Of a stretch of DNA of 32,000 nt, positions 10,223 to 18,450 are shown one piece after another. The translations under genes and the position numbers were made by a program. The notes under the pieces were generated by a model. It had not been told where the DNA came from, did not search any database, and saw only the letters and a program-made list of their open reading frames with translations. The stretch covers positions 1 through 32,000 of the forward strand of contig NZ_SNUY01000046.1 of assembly GCF_004376175.1 (NCBI RefSeq), given 5' to 3'. Position 1 is the stretch's first letter. Every line of letters starts with the position of its first letter. Origin of the DNA: Halalkalibacterium halodurans (GTDB taxonomy: Bacteria > Bacillota > Bacilli > Bacillales > Bacillaceae_D).

Positions 10223-10801
10223 TTACAGGAATGCTCCTTTCAAGATGAACCGATTGAGCTGCCTCGTGACCTTTAGGCCAATAGGCGTAAGGAGCACCCC
10301 TTGTAATAGAACCCCGAGAACGAGGCCTTGAGCCGACATAAACATTGCAAGAATGATAAAAAGAACGATGAGGATGTAAGCTATCCGTTTCTTCCGCCGC
10401 TCCCAATGCTCTGTATGTACTACTTGATGAGCCTCATAGTATGGAGCGTATTTCCAAATCAACAGTCCCCCGCTAATTCCATAAAGAATCCAAGCATAGT
10501 TGTTTGCAAACGGAACCCAGAAAATTGCCGTGATGAACAGAACGGACAGCAAAGTACAGCCAATAGAATGATCAAGGTGAGCACCTCCCGTCAACACCCT
10601 CATGAACGTGAAGGATAGTGCGATTTGGAGAAACAGCCAAATCTCTCCGTGGAGAAGGCCAACCGCTATGACGAGCAATAAAGTAAAGAGATAGTGGAGA
10701 ATGATCGTGAATCCAAACGTTAGAACCTCAACCGATTCTGTTTCTTCTGCATTCAATGCTTTCACTTGATGTGCCAACGTTAAAGCAAGACGTTCAAGCA
10801 T
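10223..10801 (-). CDS. agrB: AgrB-family accessory gene regulator protein B (AgrD-processing membrane peptidase)
   Basis: A polytopic membrane protein of about 192 aa with the motif MRVLTGGAHLDHSIGCTLLS. His and Cys are 7 residues apart, as for the catalytic H77/C84 of S. aureus AgrB. ATG at 10801 follows a G-rich SD. Confidence 0.85.
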   Translation of the reverse strand: MLERLALTLAHQVKALNAEETESVEVLTFGFTIILHYLFTLLLVIAVGLLHGEIWLFLQIALSFTFMRVLTGGAHLDHSIGCTLLSVLFITAIFWVPFANNYAWILYGISGGLLIWKYAPYYEAHQVVHTEHWERRKKRIAYILIVLFIILAMFMSAQGLVLGVLLQGVLLTPIGLKVTRQLNRFILKGAFL

Positions 10802-10812
10802 CAAACCCCCCC

Positions 10813-12087
10813 CTATTTTCTTATAAAGCGGATGCTACATTCTAGCGGGCGAATTTGTGAATCAACTTTCGCGTTATTTTGCTGAAAGTACATAAGATCA
10901 TCGACAATCTTAAGTGTTGTCACATCTTGCTCTGAAAGCTCTAGGTTGCTCGATATGCGATACTCTAACGTACTATCTGTCATGTTAATCTGCAGCCTGA
11001 CAAACAAATCGGACATACCTGTTCGGTACAATGCAACGAACACCTCGTCCAATATCCGACTTAAATAACGAATTTGCCACAAAGACGTTGGGCGAACGTG
11101 CTCAAGAGTCGCTGACACTTTAAACTCGACACCTAATAACCGTGATAGCTTTTTCTTATTGATGAGAAAGGCATACATCACTTCATCTTCAGATTTGAAC
11201 AAATGATAGCTCTCATCTTTCACACTAAAACTAGGTAGTTTTTTTATCGCGACTTTCTTTTCTACATACTCACGAATTAGTGGCGCCGACTCTTTTTCAC
11301 AAAGCTTTAAAATCGCATTGGAATGGATGCTGTATTCATTTTGAATCGTTTCGACAATACTTGATAGTTGCTGCTCTTGATCTAGATAAAATTTCTTTGC
11401 CTCCATCATCCGCTTCGCTTGAAAGATGGAGTGAAGAACGTAGTACGTAGATAATACAAGGAAAAGCAATACGATAATGAAGAGAACAAATAAATGTTTG
11501 TTTAACACTGCACTTGTCGTCATCACATAAGATGCGAAGCAAATGAACAGAAACATCATAAACGCACTTACAAATATAACGCGTTTTTCCTTCGTCGAAA
11601 GCAAATCTCCTTCAATATGTCCGCGAAATTCGTTAAGCTGATAGCTCCCTCGGTAAATGCCGTATGAGGCTGTTGTTACAAGGAGGAACGTACCGCTTTG
11701 AATCAGCAACGTTACATCGGTATAAGACAGCAAGACGTCCCAATAACTGTAAGAGGACATGGCGGTAATCGCTTCGACAATGATTAATTGGGTAAAGATA
11801 TAAAATCCATATCCACTGCTCGTCACGACTAACGACTCTAATGAATTAAATCGAAATAACCATCTGACAAGGATAAACAAAACGGTCATTTGAATGAAAA
11901 TCACAATCGGCAAGTGCAAATGGGGGACCATTCGTAACACAAAAATCGATAAAAGACTCAATAACGTACCAATCGCTACAATTGATAAACGATAGCGGCG
12001 GAACGTATAACCAAATAATAGAACGGGAAACGATAAGAGGGCGCTCCATTCCAAAATGGATATTAGGAAGGTTAAAATGTGATACAT
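10813..12087 (-). CDS. AgrC-like 7-TM receptor protein with a degenerate (pseudo)kinase domain
   Basis: 424 aa with about 7 predicted TM helices in residues 1-215. A DHp-like helix follows, retaining one His (EYSIHSNAILKL versus AgrC RHDYVNIL). A C-terminal GHKL-like fold reads LSRILDEVFVAL where AgrC has ILDNAIEA (Asn replaced by Glu), and no GxGxG G-box is present. GGGGAG SD lies 8 nt before the ATG. Confidence 0.7.
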   Translation of the reverse strand: MYHILTFLISILEWSALLSFPVLLFGYTFRRYRLSIVAIGTLLSLLSIFVLRMVPHLHLPIVIFIQMTVLFILVRWLFRFNSLESLVVTSSGYGFYIFTQLIIVEAITAMSSYSYWDVLLSYTDVTLLIQSGTFLLVTTASYGIYRGSYQLNEFRGHIEGDLLSTKEKRVIFVSAFMMFLFICFASYVMTTSAVLNKHLFVLFIIVLLFLVLSTYYVLHSIFQAKRMMEAKKFYLDQEQQLSSIVETIQNEYSIHSNAILKLCEKESAPLIREYVEKKVAIKKLPSFSVKDESYHLFKSEDEVMYAFLINKKKLSRLLGVEFKVSATLEHVRPTSLWQIRYLSRILDEVFVALYRTGMSDLFVRLQINMTDSTLEYRISSNLELSEQDVTTLKIVDDLMYFQQNNAKVDSQIRPLECSIRFIRK

Positions 12088-12117
12088 ACGTGATTCTCCC
12101 CTATCATTCTGAAAGAT

Positions 12118-12915
12118 TTAAATCGTCATGTTTTTCCCTTTTGGAATGGTTAATGTGACAACCACACCTCTTTTTGGATGGTTCTTGATCTCAAGCGTCC
12201 CCTCCATGGCTTCTATAATGGTTTTGCATATGGGCAATCCTAAGCCTGTTCCCTCATCCTTCGTCGTAAAAAAAGGATAAAAAATGTTCTCTAATTGATC
12301 CTCAGCAATTCCTGGTCCATCGTCATGAATGACAAGAATCACTGCGTCCTGATCATTGGAAAGCTTGATGGAAATGGTTCCTTCTTCCTCTATTGCTTCA
12401 ACAGCGTTTTTAATAAGATTAATAAGTACTTGCTCAAAGCGGGTTACATTACCTGAAATATATAAGCCTTCTGCCAAATCTGTGCGAAACCGGATCTCTT
12501 TCTTGTCTTGCTTCATTTTCTGAATGAGAATAACCTTTTCAATGCTACGCTTGACATCAATCAATGACAAGTTTTCCTCGTCAAGATGGGCTTTGGCGAA
12601 CGTTAATAACTCTTGAATGAGCGCCTCCATACGAATAGCTTCATCTTTAATGATAGACGTATATTGGGCAATCGTGGGATCAGAGCGAATCGTTTCATTT
12701 TGCTCAAGGTATTGAGTAAAACCGATAATCGAGGTTAGAGGATTTCTTATTTCATGAGCAAAAAATGCCGCCATTTTTCCGATAGCTGCATGATAATTCT
12801 CATTTCCATCCTTATAATCATTTCCGATCTCACTTAGACGCTCTTGATATGATTTCTTTTTTTCTATTGGCTTTGTCTTTCTTTGCAGCCAGCTTTTAAA
12901 AAATGGACGGTTCAT
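12118..12915 (-). CDS. Soluble, sensor-less histidine kinase (HisKA + HATPase_c; sporulation-kinase-like H-box)
   Basis: H-box FAHEIRNPLTSIIGF, N-box LINLIKNAVEAI, G1 DDGPGI and G2 GTGLGLPICK are all intact. Only about 50 residues precede the H-box, with no TM segment. The preferred start MNRPFF at 12915 has GGGAG 7 nt upstream; the longer TTG start at 13002 has no SD. Confidence 0.85.
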   Translation of the reverse strand: MNRPFFKSWLQRKTKPIEKKKSYQERLSEIGNDYKDGNENYHAAIGKMAAFFAHEIRNPLTSIIGFTQYLEQNETIRSDPTIAQYTSIIKDEAIRMEALIQELLTFAKAHLDEENLSLIDVKRSIEKVILIQKMKQDKKEIRFRTDLAEGLYISGNVTRFEQVLINLIKNAVEAIEEEGTISIKLSNDQDAVILVIHDDGPGIAEDQLENIFYPFFTTKDEGTGLGLPICKTIIEAMEGTLEIKNHPKRGVVVTLTIPKGKNMTI

Positions 12916-13224
12916 GATGATAACACTCCCACTAATCGCACGAAAAAATTCTGCCCTTTCGATATTGTTACAATTTCGACGCTTTATTGTAAGTTCCTTC
13001 AAATATTTTCATTCTTTTCTGACATAATTTTTCCCAGTTTTCGAATATTCCTGAATCGAACTGAGCGCCTCCCATAACGTAAGAAAAACCCCTGCTTGAG
13101 AAGTAACAGAGATAAATAAATCACGGTGTACTACAAAAAGGTGATGACTTATTACTGCCTCTCGGAAAGTTGCCTCGCTTTTGAGGCCATGCACCAGACA
13201 GCTACGCCTCCCTTTCTTCATTTA

Positions 13225-13260
13225 CAAAGAAAAGACCAGCGATTATCATCACTGGTCCTT
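13225..13260 (-). terminator. Intrinsic terminator after metQ
   Basis: In the minus-strand RNA, GACCAGUGAU-GAUA-AUCGCUGGUC forms a 10-bp stem with one G-U pair, followed by UUUUCUUUG. Confidence 0.8.
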
Positions 13261-13265
13261 ATCGA

Positions 13266-14123
13266 TTACCCCATCGGAATGACCGCGCCATTGTACTGCT
13301 CTTCGATAAACTGACGAACTTCTTCAGATTGAAGAACTTCAACAAGTACTTGGAACTCAGGGCGATCTTGATCCTCTGCACGAACAACAATTAAGTTTGG
13401 CTGTAAGACATCTTCTGACTCAAAAGCAATTCCATATTGCTCGATGTCGACGCCACCCTCTAATGCATAGTTCGTATTGATCGCCACAGCATCTCCTTCA
13501 CCATTTTCAAAAGATGGCGCAAGGAAACGTGCCTCTACTTGCTGTGAGCCAAATACGAGATTTTTCGGGTTGGAAGAGATATCATCAATTGTCGCAAGCT
13601 CCCCTTCTTCTACGTCAAGCTCAATCAGTCCAGCTCGTTCAAAGATCGGAAGGATTCTTCCATGGTCGCTAATCGAGTCACTGAAAATAATCTCTGCTCC
13701 TTCTGGAAGCTCTTCAAGGCTGCTATACTCTTTTGAATAAATTCCAATCGGTTCGGCATGAACTTCACCGAGGCTTACGAAATCATAGTCATATTCTTCA
13801 ATTTGCTGAGCCAAATACCCTGGCGTTTGGAAATAGTTCACATCAATATCTCCATCTCTTAACGCTGTATTAGGTAAAATGTAATCAGTAAATGTTTCAA
13901 TTTCGAGCGTAATCCCCCGTTCTTCAAGTAGAGGTGCCGCAAATTCAAGCACTTCAGTATGCGGAACAGCAGAAGCCCCGATTTTAATCGTTACAGGCTC
14001 ATCCACTGATGCTTCTCCTTCTGCTTCTTCAGCCCCTTGCGTGTCCTCTTCACTAGTTCCACCGCAAGCAACAAGTGATAACGAAAGCGTCGCCGCGCCA
14101 ATAATGCTTAAAAACTTTTTCAT
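13266..14123 (-). CDS. metQ: Methionine ABC transporter substrate-binding lipoprotein MetQ
   Basis: Lipobox LSLVAC-GG and an NlpA/MetQ-like sequence. It is the last gene of the metNPQ cluster behind an S-box. Confidence 0.9.
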   Translation of the reverse strand: MKKFLSIIGAATLSLSLVACGGTSEEDTQGAEEAEGEASVDEPVTIKIGASAVPHTEVLEFAAPLLEERGITLEIETFTDYILPNTALRDGDIDVNYFQTPGYLAQQIEEYDYDFVSLGEVHAEPIGIYSKEYSSLEELPEGAEIIFSDSISDHGRILPIFERAGLIELDVEEGELATIDDISSNPKNLVFGSQQVEARFLAPSFENGEGDAVAINTNYALEGGVDIEQYGIAFESEDVLQPNLIVVRAEDQDRPEFQVLVEVLQSEEVRQFIEEQYNGAVIPMG

Positions 14124-14138
14124 TTGAAAAAATCCCCC

Positions 14139-14801
14139 TTATCGTTTGTCTGTTATATTTGTGAAAAAATCGCCGATCCATTGGATGATAAAAACGAGAA
14201 AAAGGATCGTGATTGTTGCCACCAATGTAATCTCAGGGTTGTTTCGTTGAAACCCTTCAAGAAAGGCAAAGTGTCCTAATCCACCGGCACCAATGACACC
14301 GGCCATCGCTGTATAGCTCACAAGAGCGATCGCCGTTACGGTTATCCCTGAAATAAGCGCTGGGAATGATTCAGGAATAAGGACACGGCAAATAATTCGA
14401 AAATGGCCGGCCCCCATCGCCTGTGCCGCTTCAATCACCCCTTTATCGATCTCACGCAAGGCAATTTCGACCATCCGGGCGTAAAAGGGAGCAGCACCGA
14501 TAATTAACGCAGGTAACGCCGCATTGGCTCCTAACATGGAACCGAACAGCGCTCGGGTAAATGGAATTAAAAGAACAATTAAAATAATGAACGGGATGGA
14601 GCGAAAAATGTTAACTATCGCACTGAACACCGTATGAATGGCAACATTTTGCCACATGTTTCCTTTGCTCGTTAAAAACAGAATTAAACCGAGAATGATT
14701 CCGATGACAAAGGTCGCCACAACAGATACGGACGTCATGTAAATCGTTTCCTTCGTCGCTTCCCATAAAGCGTCCCACTTAAAATTCTCAAGCACCGGCA
14801 A
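14139..14801 (-). CDS. metP: Methionine ABC transporter permease MetP
   Basis: A 220-aa polytopic protein with an EAA-like loop (EAAQAMGAGHFRII). Overlaps the metN stop. Confidence 0.9.
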   Translation of the reverse strand: MPVLENFKWDALWEATKETIYMTSVSVVATFVIGIILGLILFLTSKGNMWQNVAIHTVFSAIVNIFRSIPFIILIVLLIPFTRALFGSMLGANAALPALIIGAAPFYARMVEIALREIDKGVIEAAQAMGAGHFRIICRVLIPESFPALISGITVTAIALVSYTAMAGVIGAGGLGHFAFLEGFQRNNPEITLVATITILFLVFIIQWIGDFFTNITDKR

Positions 14802-15804
14802 TCACCTCCAATTCTAGTTGCTGCTCATGCATATAGGTAATCGCCTTTTCAATTTCGTCCTTCGGTCCATCGAGGTGGATAAACAACGTTCCATACGAAC
14901 CTTCTTGTGTTTTTGAAATTTTTCCTTGCAAAATGTTGACGTCGACTGCAAAGGTGCGAATGAGATTTGTAATGAGGGGCTTTTCAGCCGACTCCCCGAC
15001 AAAGGTTAGTTGGACGATGCGTCCTGATTTCACCTCATTGAGCAAATGCTGAACCGTCTCTTCCGGCTCTGTTACTTGTTTTACAAACTCTTTTGTTATA
15101 TGCTCCTTCGGTTTACGGAAAACATCGAGGACTGGACCTTCCTCAACCACTTTTCCCGCTTCCATGACGGCGACCCGATGGCAAATCTTTCGAATGACAT
15201 GCATTTCATGTGTAATTAACACAATCGTAAGACCGAGCTTTTCGTTAATGTCCACCAGGAGATCGAGGATCGAATCCGTCGTTTTTGGATCAAGGGCAGA
15301 AGTTGCTTCGTCACACAACAGCACCTTCGGGTTATTGGCAAGCGCTCGCGCAATTCCGACACGTTGCTTTTGTCCGCCACTTAATTGTGACGGATACGCC
15401 TCTTCTCGACCTTCCAAACCGACAAGATTGATCAGCTCATCGACTCGCTTTTCTCGCTCCTTTTTCGGAACCCCTGCAATCTCAAGTGGAAATGCAATGT
15501 TTTTTCTGACCGTTCGTGACCATAGCAAGTTAAAATGCTGAAAAATCATCCCGATTTTTTGCCGTTCGATCCGAAGGTCCCGATCGGAAAGCTTCGAAAG
15601 ATCCTTCCCCGCCACAATGACGCTTCCTTCTGTTGGACGCTCTAACATGTTGAGCATTCGAATCAAGGTACTCTTACCGGCACCACTATAGCCAATGACA
15701 CCGAAGATTTCCCCTTCATTTATTTTTAAATTTACGCCATCGACAGCGGTAACCGATCCCGTTTTCGCTTTAAAGACTTTTCTTATGCCGTCTAGCGATA
15801 TCAT
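14788..15804 (-). CDS. metN: Methionine ABC transporter ATP-binding protein MetN
   Basis: Walker A GYSGAGKST, signature LSGGQKQRV, Walker B LLCDEATSALD, and a C-terminal NIL/ACT-like regulatory domain. Confidence 0.93.
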   Translation of the reverse strand: MISLDGIRKVFKAKTGSVTAVDGVNLKINEGEIFGVIGYSGAGKSTLIRMLNMLERPTEGSVIVAGKDLSKLSDRDLRIERQKIGMIFQHFNLLWSRTVRKNIAFPLEIAGVPKKEREKRVDELINLVGLEGREEAYPSQLSGGQKQRVGIARALANNPKVLLCDEATSALDPKTTDSILDLLVDINEKLGLTIVLITHEMHVIRKICHRVAVMEAGKVVEEGPVLDVFRKPKEHITKEFVKQVTEPEETVQHLLNEVKSGRIVQLTFVGESAEKPLITNLIRTFAVDVNILQGKISKTQEGSYGTLFIHLDGPKDEIEKAITYMHEQQLELEVIAGA

Positions 15805-15971
15805 GTTAAGCCCTCTTTTCTAAAAATATATCAGTTCGTCTACGCGTTACCAATTTAACGAAAGTCAGTACGAGAGCAAAAACTCTCACTCTCGCAAATT
15901 TCGTCTCAAGGAGCACGCAAATCATTATCGTAAGAAAGTACAATTCCGTGAATGAAACTGCATAATAGAAC

Positions 15972-16134
15972 AAAAAAACCTTTCCGCCATGAGCAGAAAG
16001 GAATGTTTTACGTCTTCCCTTCTCTCATCTCTCAAAGCATCGCTTTGCAGGAATTAGCACCTTTTCCAAGCGATTTGCTGCTTGGCGGTTGCTGGGCTTC
16101 ATCGGGCCAGTCCCTCCACCTCTCATGATAAGAG
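15972..16134 (-). promoter_or_regulatory. SAM-I (S-box) riboswitch with expression-platform terminator
   Basis: The minus strand reads CTCTTATCATGAGAGGTGGAGGGACTGGCCCGATGAAGCCCAGCAACCGCC...AAGGTGCTAATTCCTGCAAAGC...GAGAGATGAGAGA, which is the canonical S-box core. A terminator follows: CCTTTCTGC-TCAT-GGCGGAAAGG then TTTTTTT (15972-16001). Confidence 0.93.
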
Positions 16135-16189
16135 TTTTCTTACTATTCGTAAGAGATTTTCTTACACTATTCGCATGTTCATTGTCAGA

Positions 16190-16218
16190 ATAATATCACG
16201 GTAAAAAGTCCTTGTCAA
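16190..16218 (-). promoter_or_regulatory. Sigma-A promoter driving the S-box leader and metNPQ
   Basis: On the minus strand, TTGACA (16218-16213), a 17-nt spacer, then TATTAT (16195-16190). Confidence 0.7.
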
Positions 16219-16245
16219 CAATAGTAAAATAGTTTAAATTTTCGT

Positions 16246-17487
16246 TTAATTCACTCTTTGAAACACAAGAAAGAAGTAGGCAGATCCGATCAAATATAAG
16301 ATAGCCGTCATTGAAAAGGCGATCGCATACCCTGTATAGGGCCCATAAACGACAACGATTCCAGCAGAAACAGGACCCATGACAGCCCACCCGAGCTGGA
16401 ACACCATTTGTCCAACTGAATTCGCCAATCCTTTCATCGCCGGATGCACGCTTCTCATCATCAGCGCCATTTGAATCGGATTACCAGCATTCATTAATGC
16501 TTGCCTGAAAAGAAAGGCTAGGACGGCCAGCCAAGGGTTCATCGTAAAAGCGGCCACGAGCAAAAAGGGTAAAGAGGCGAGCTGCAAGTAAACAACAGCT
16601 CGTACTTCGCCATACTTATGGGCAACCATCGGCCCGACCATGAGAGCAATAGCAGTCATCGCCTGACCCATGGAGAGGACAATGCCAACTAGGGACGTGC
16701 TCATGTCGAATCGATCGGTAAAATATAAATTTAAATAGGGGATAACGAGGCCTGAACCAAAGCCAATTAACACATTGGCAATCGCAAATAAGCCGATCAG
16801 TTTAAGGCTTGAGCGGTGTTGTTTCATTTGTTGAATAAGCGAAGTGTCCTCATGATGAGCATTTGCTTGTTTAGAGCGCTCTTCTATTTGCAGCACTGGC
16901 CATAAAGCGGCAAAAAAACATGCGGTACCAATCAGCAATGTCAGACGAACACTACTAAGCATCGAAACTCCCCATAATACATTCCAGGCATCTGTCAGTA
17001 TCCCACCTAGTAAATTACCAATGACGTTAGCGATCATAATTAAAGCAAAGTTGAAGCTAAACAAATGGACTCGCTCTTTCTCCGATGAGTTTTCCGCTAA
17101 AAGGGGAATGGCTGACACTTGAATAAACGCGAGAAAAAAACCTGTCATAAAAGCGGTCATCAGCAAGAGGGATTCACCGGCAAAAATTGAACGCAGCAGT
17201 AAGCTAATCGCAGTCAACAAGGCACCAATAAAGATCATCTTTTTTCGCCCTTTTTGATCGCTAATGAAACCAGCAGGTAGTAGCGCAATCGCGGTGGCCA
17301 TTGCTTGCATTGCAATCACGCGTCCATTGACTTGTTCATCGTATCCTAATTCCCGAATATAATAATTGTAAATGACCATGAAGATCCCTAAACCGATGTT
17401 AGACAAAAGGGAGGAGACAAAAAAGTGGCGTACATTGCGATTAAACCCTTTACATTGTTGGTGCCACTCACGAATAAAACGACTCAT
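16246..17487 (-). CDS. MFS transporter (12-TM type)
   Basis: About 413 aa and highly hydrophobic, with an MFS-type loop motif (SDQKGRKKM). The preferred start MSRFIREW at 17487 has GAGGAG 7 nt upstream. Confidence 0.85.
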   Translation of the reverse strand: MSRFIREWHQQCKGFNRNVRHFFVSSLLSNIGLGIFMVIYNYYIRELGYDEQVNGRVIAMQAMATAIALLPAGFISDQKGRKKMIFIGALLTAISLLLRSIFAGESLLLMTAFMTGFFLAFIQVSAIPLLAENSSEKERVHLFSFNFALIMIANVIGNLLGGILTDAWNVLWGVSMLSSVRLTLLIGTACFFAALWPVLQIEERSKQANAHHEDTSLIQQMKQHRSSLKLIGLFAIANVLIGFGSGLVIPYLNLYFTDRFDMSTSLVGIVLSMGQAMTAIALMVGPMVAHKYGEVRAVVYLQLASLPFLLVAAFTMNPWLAVLAFLFRQALMNAGNPIQMALMMRSVHPAMKGLANSVGQMVFQLGWAVMGPVSAGIVVVYGPYTGYAIAFSMTAILYLIGSAYFFLVFQRVN

Positions 17488-17584
17488 CTCACTTCTCCTC
17501 ATCAAAAGAATTTCGTACCCCTAAATAGTTTAGTAGAAATTTCATGAAATAGGAAGCGAATAGGGCTATGAATTTTTTGCCCCA

Positions 17585-17621
17585 CTAAAGAAACCCAAAC
17601 GAGCTTGTTCTCGCTTGGGTT
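17585..17621 (-). terminator. Intrinsic terminator after yusG
   Basis: Minus-strand hairpin ACCCAAGCGAG-AACAAG-CTCGTTTGGGT followed by TTCTTT. Confidence 0.65.
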
Positions 17622-17629
17622 ACAGCTTT

Positions 17630-17866
17630 TTAGCACCAGCCCTGGTCACATCCCTCAACATAAGACTTCACTTGATTTGGTGCTGGGTTTTCATATTGAA
17701 ACACTTTATCATCGCGAAAATCAAAGCCTTCTGCCATTTCATATTGCAATCCAGCATTCGTCTCAATAATACGACCAATTTTCGCACGATCGATATATAG
17801 GTTGAGATGACCGTTCTCCAACTTCCCATGAACCTTGCTTGTCACATCGACTTTCATCTGATCCAT
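17630..17866 (-). CDS. yusG: YusG-like small protein (78 aa)
   Basis: A conserved-looking small protein ending in ...CDQGWC, located just before gcvH as B. subtilis yusG is. The assignment rests on synteny and my recollection of YusG. Confidence 0.6.
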   Translation of the reverse strand: MDQMKVDVTSKVHGKLENGHLNLYIDRAKIGRIIETNAGLQYEMAEGFDFRDDKVFQYENPAPNQVKSYVEGCDQGWC

Positions 17867-17947
17867 CCGGGCCCTCTCCTCCTTTTGTCTAAGAGGTATT
17901 CATAGTGTAGACAGAAGGCCGAAAGCCAATGCTATGCAAATAATGGC

Positions 17948-17976
17948 CAAAAAGCCAGAGCTACACGGCTCTGGCT
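17948..17976 (-). terminator. Intrinsic terminator after gcvH
   Basis: A perfect 8-bp stem GCCAGAGC / GCTCTGGC flanked by an A-run on one side and a T-run on the other, so it looks bidirectional. Confidence 0.75.
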
Positions 17977-17993
17977 TTCTTATTTTCGTCCTC

Positions 17994-18380
17994 TTATTCT
18001 TCGCTGATCATTTCCTTGTATTCGTCAGCGCTCATGAGCTCTTCCACTTGAGAGGCGTCTGATGGTTCAACGACAATCATCCATGCTTTTTCGTATGGAG
18101 ATTCGTTAACGTACTCAGGGTTATCGTCAAGCTCTTCGTTGACTTCTACTACTTTTCCGGAAACAGGAGCGTACAGTTCAGAGACTGTCTTTACTGATTC
18201 TACGCTGCCAAAAGGCTCGTCCGCTTCCACTTCATCACCAACTTCTGGAAGCTCTACAAAGACAATATCACCTAGCTCTGATTGAGCAAAATCCGTAATT
18301 CCGATACGAACTTTGTCTCCCTCAACTTTTACCCACTCATGCTCTTCTGAATACTTTAACTCGTTTGGTAAATTTGACAC
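17994..18380 (-). CDS. gcvH: Glycine cleavage system protein H
   Basis: Lipoyl-lysine context [15 protein letters not shown]. From the GTG at 18380 it reads [21 protein letters not shown], preceded by AAGGAGG. Near-collinear with B. subtilis GcvH as I recall it. Confidence 0.95.
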   Translation of the reverse strand: MSNLPNELKYSEEHEWVKVEGDKVRIGITDFAQSELGDIVFVELPEVGDEVEADEPFGSVESVKTVSELYAPVSGKVVEVNEELDDNPEYVNESPYEKAWMIVVEPSDASQVEELMSADEYKEMISEE

Positions 18381-18450
18381 CTTGAGTGACCTCCTTAGTA
18401 AATCTTTCATCCCTTACAATAGTATACCTTCTTTTTCCCGAAGGCAAAAC

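Noticed and set aside
10203-10226. The micro-ORF ATGAAAGAATTTGAGGTTTGA (MKEFEV*) overlaps the agrB stop. It sits where agrD normally begins, so it could be a truncated AgrD.
   Set aside because: It is only 6 codons long, has no SD of its own and no similarity to AgrD cores. The 40-aa ORF at 8321-8443 is a far better candidate. It is not clear that the IS boundary even falls here.
12957-12980. Spo0A-box-like motifs (TTTCGAT at 12957-12963 and TTTCGAC at 12974-12980, versus the 0A-box complement TTCGACA) upstream of the sensor-less kinase. More TCGAA cores lie at 13040-13070.
   Set aside because: Each is only a 6/7 match in AT-rich DNA, with no defined promoter to position them against. The evidence is too weak for a call. 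They are mentioned only because they would fit the phosphorelay hypothesis.
13009-13221. A 70-aa minus-strand ORF in the metQ-to-kinase intergenic region.
   Set aside because: It has no SD upstream of its ATG, it begins inside the metQ terminator region, and its composition is not protein-like. I treat the region as the promoter/leader of the agr-like operon.
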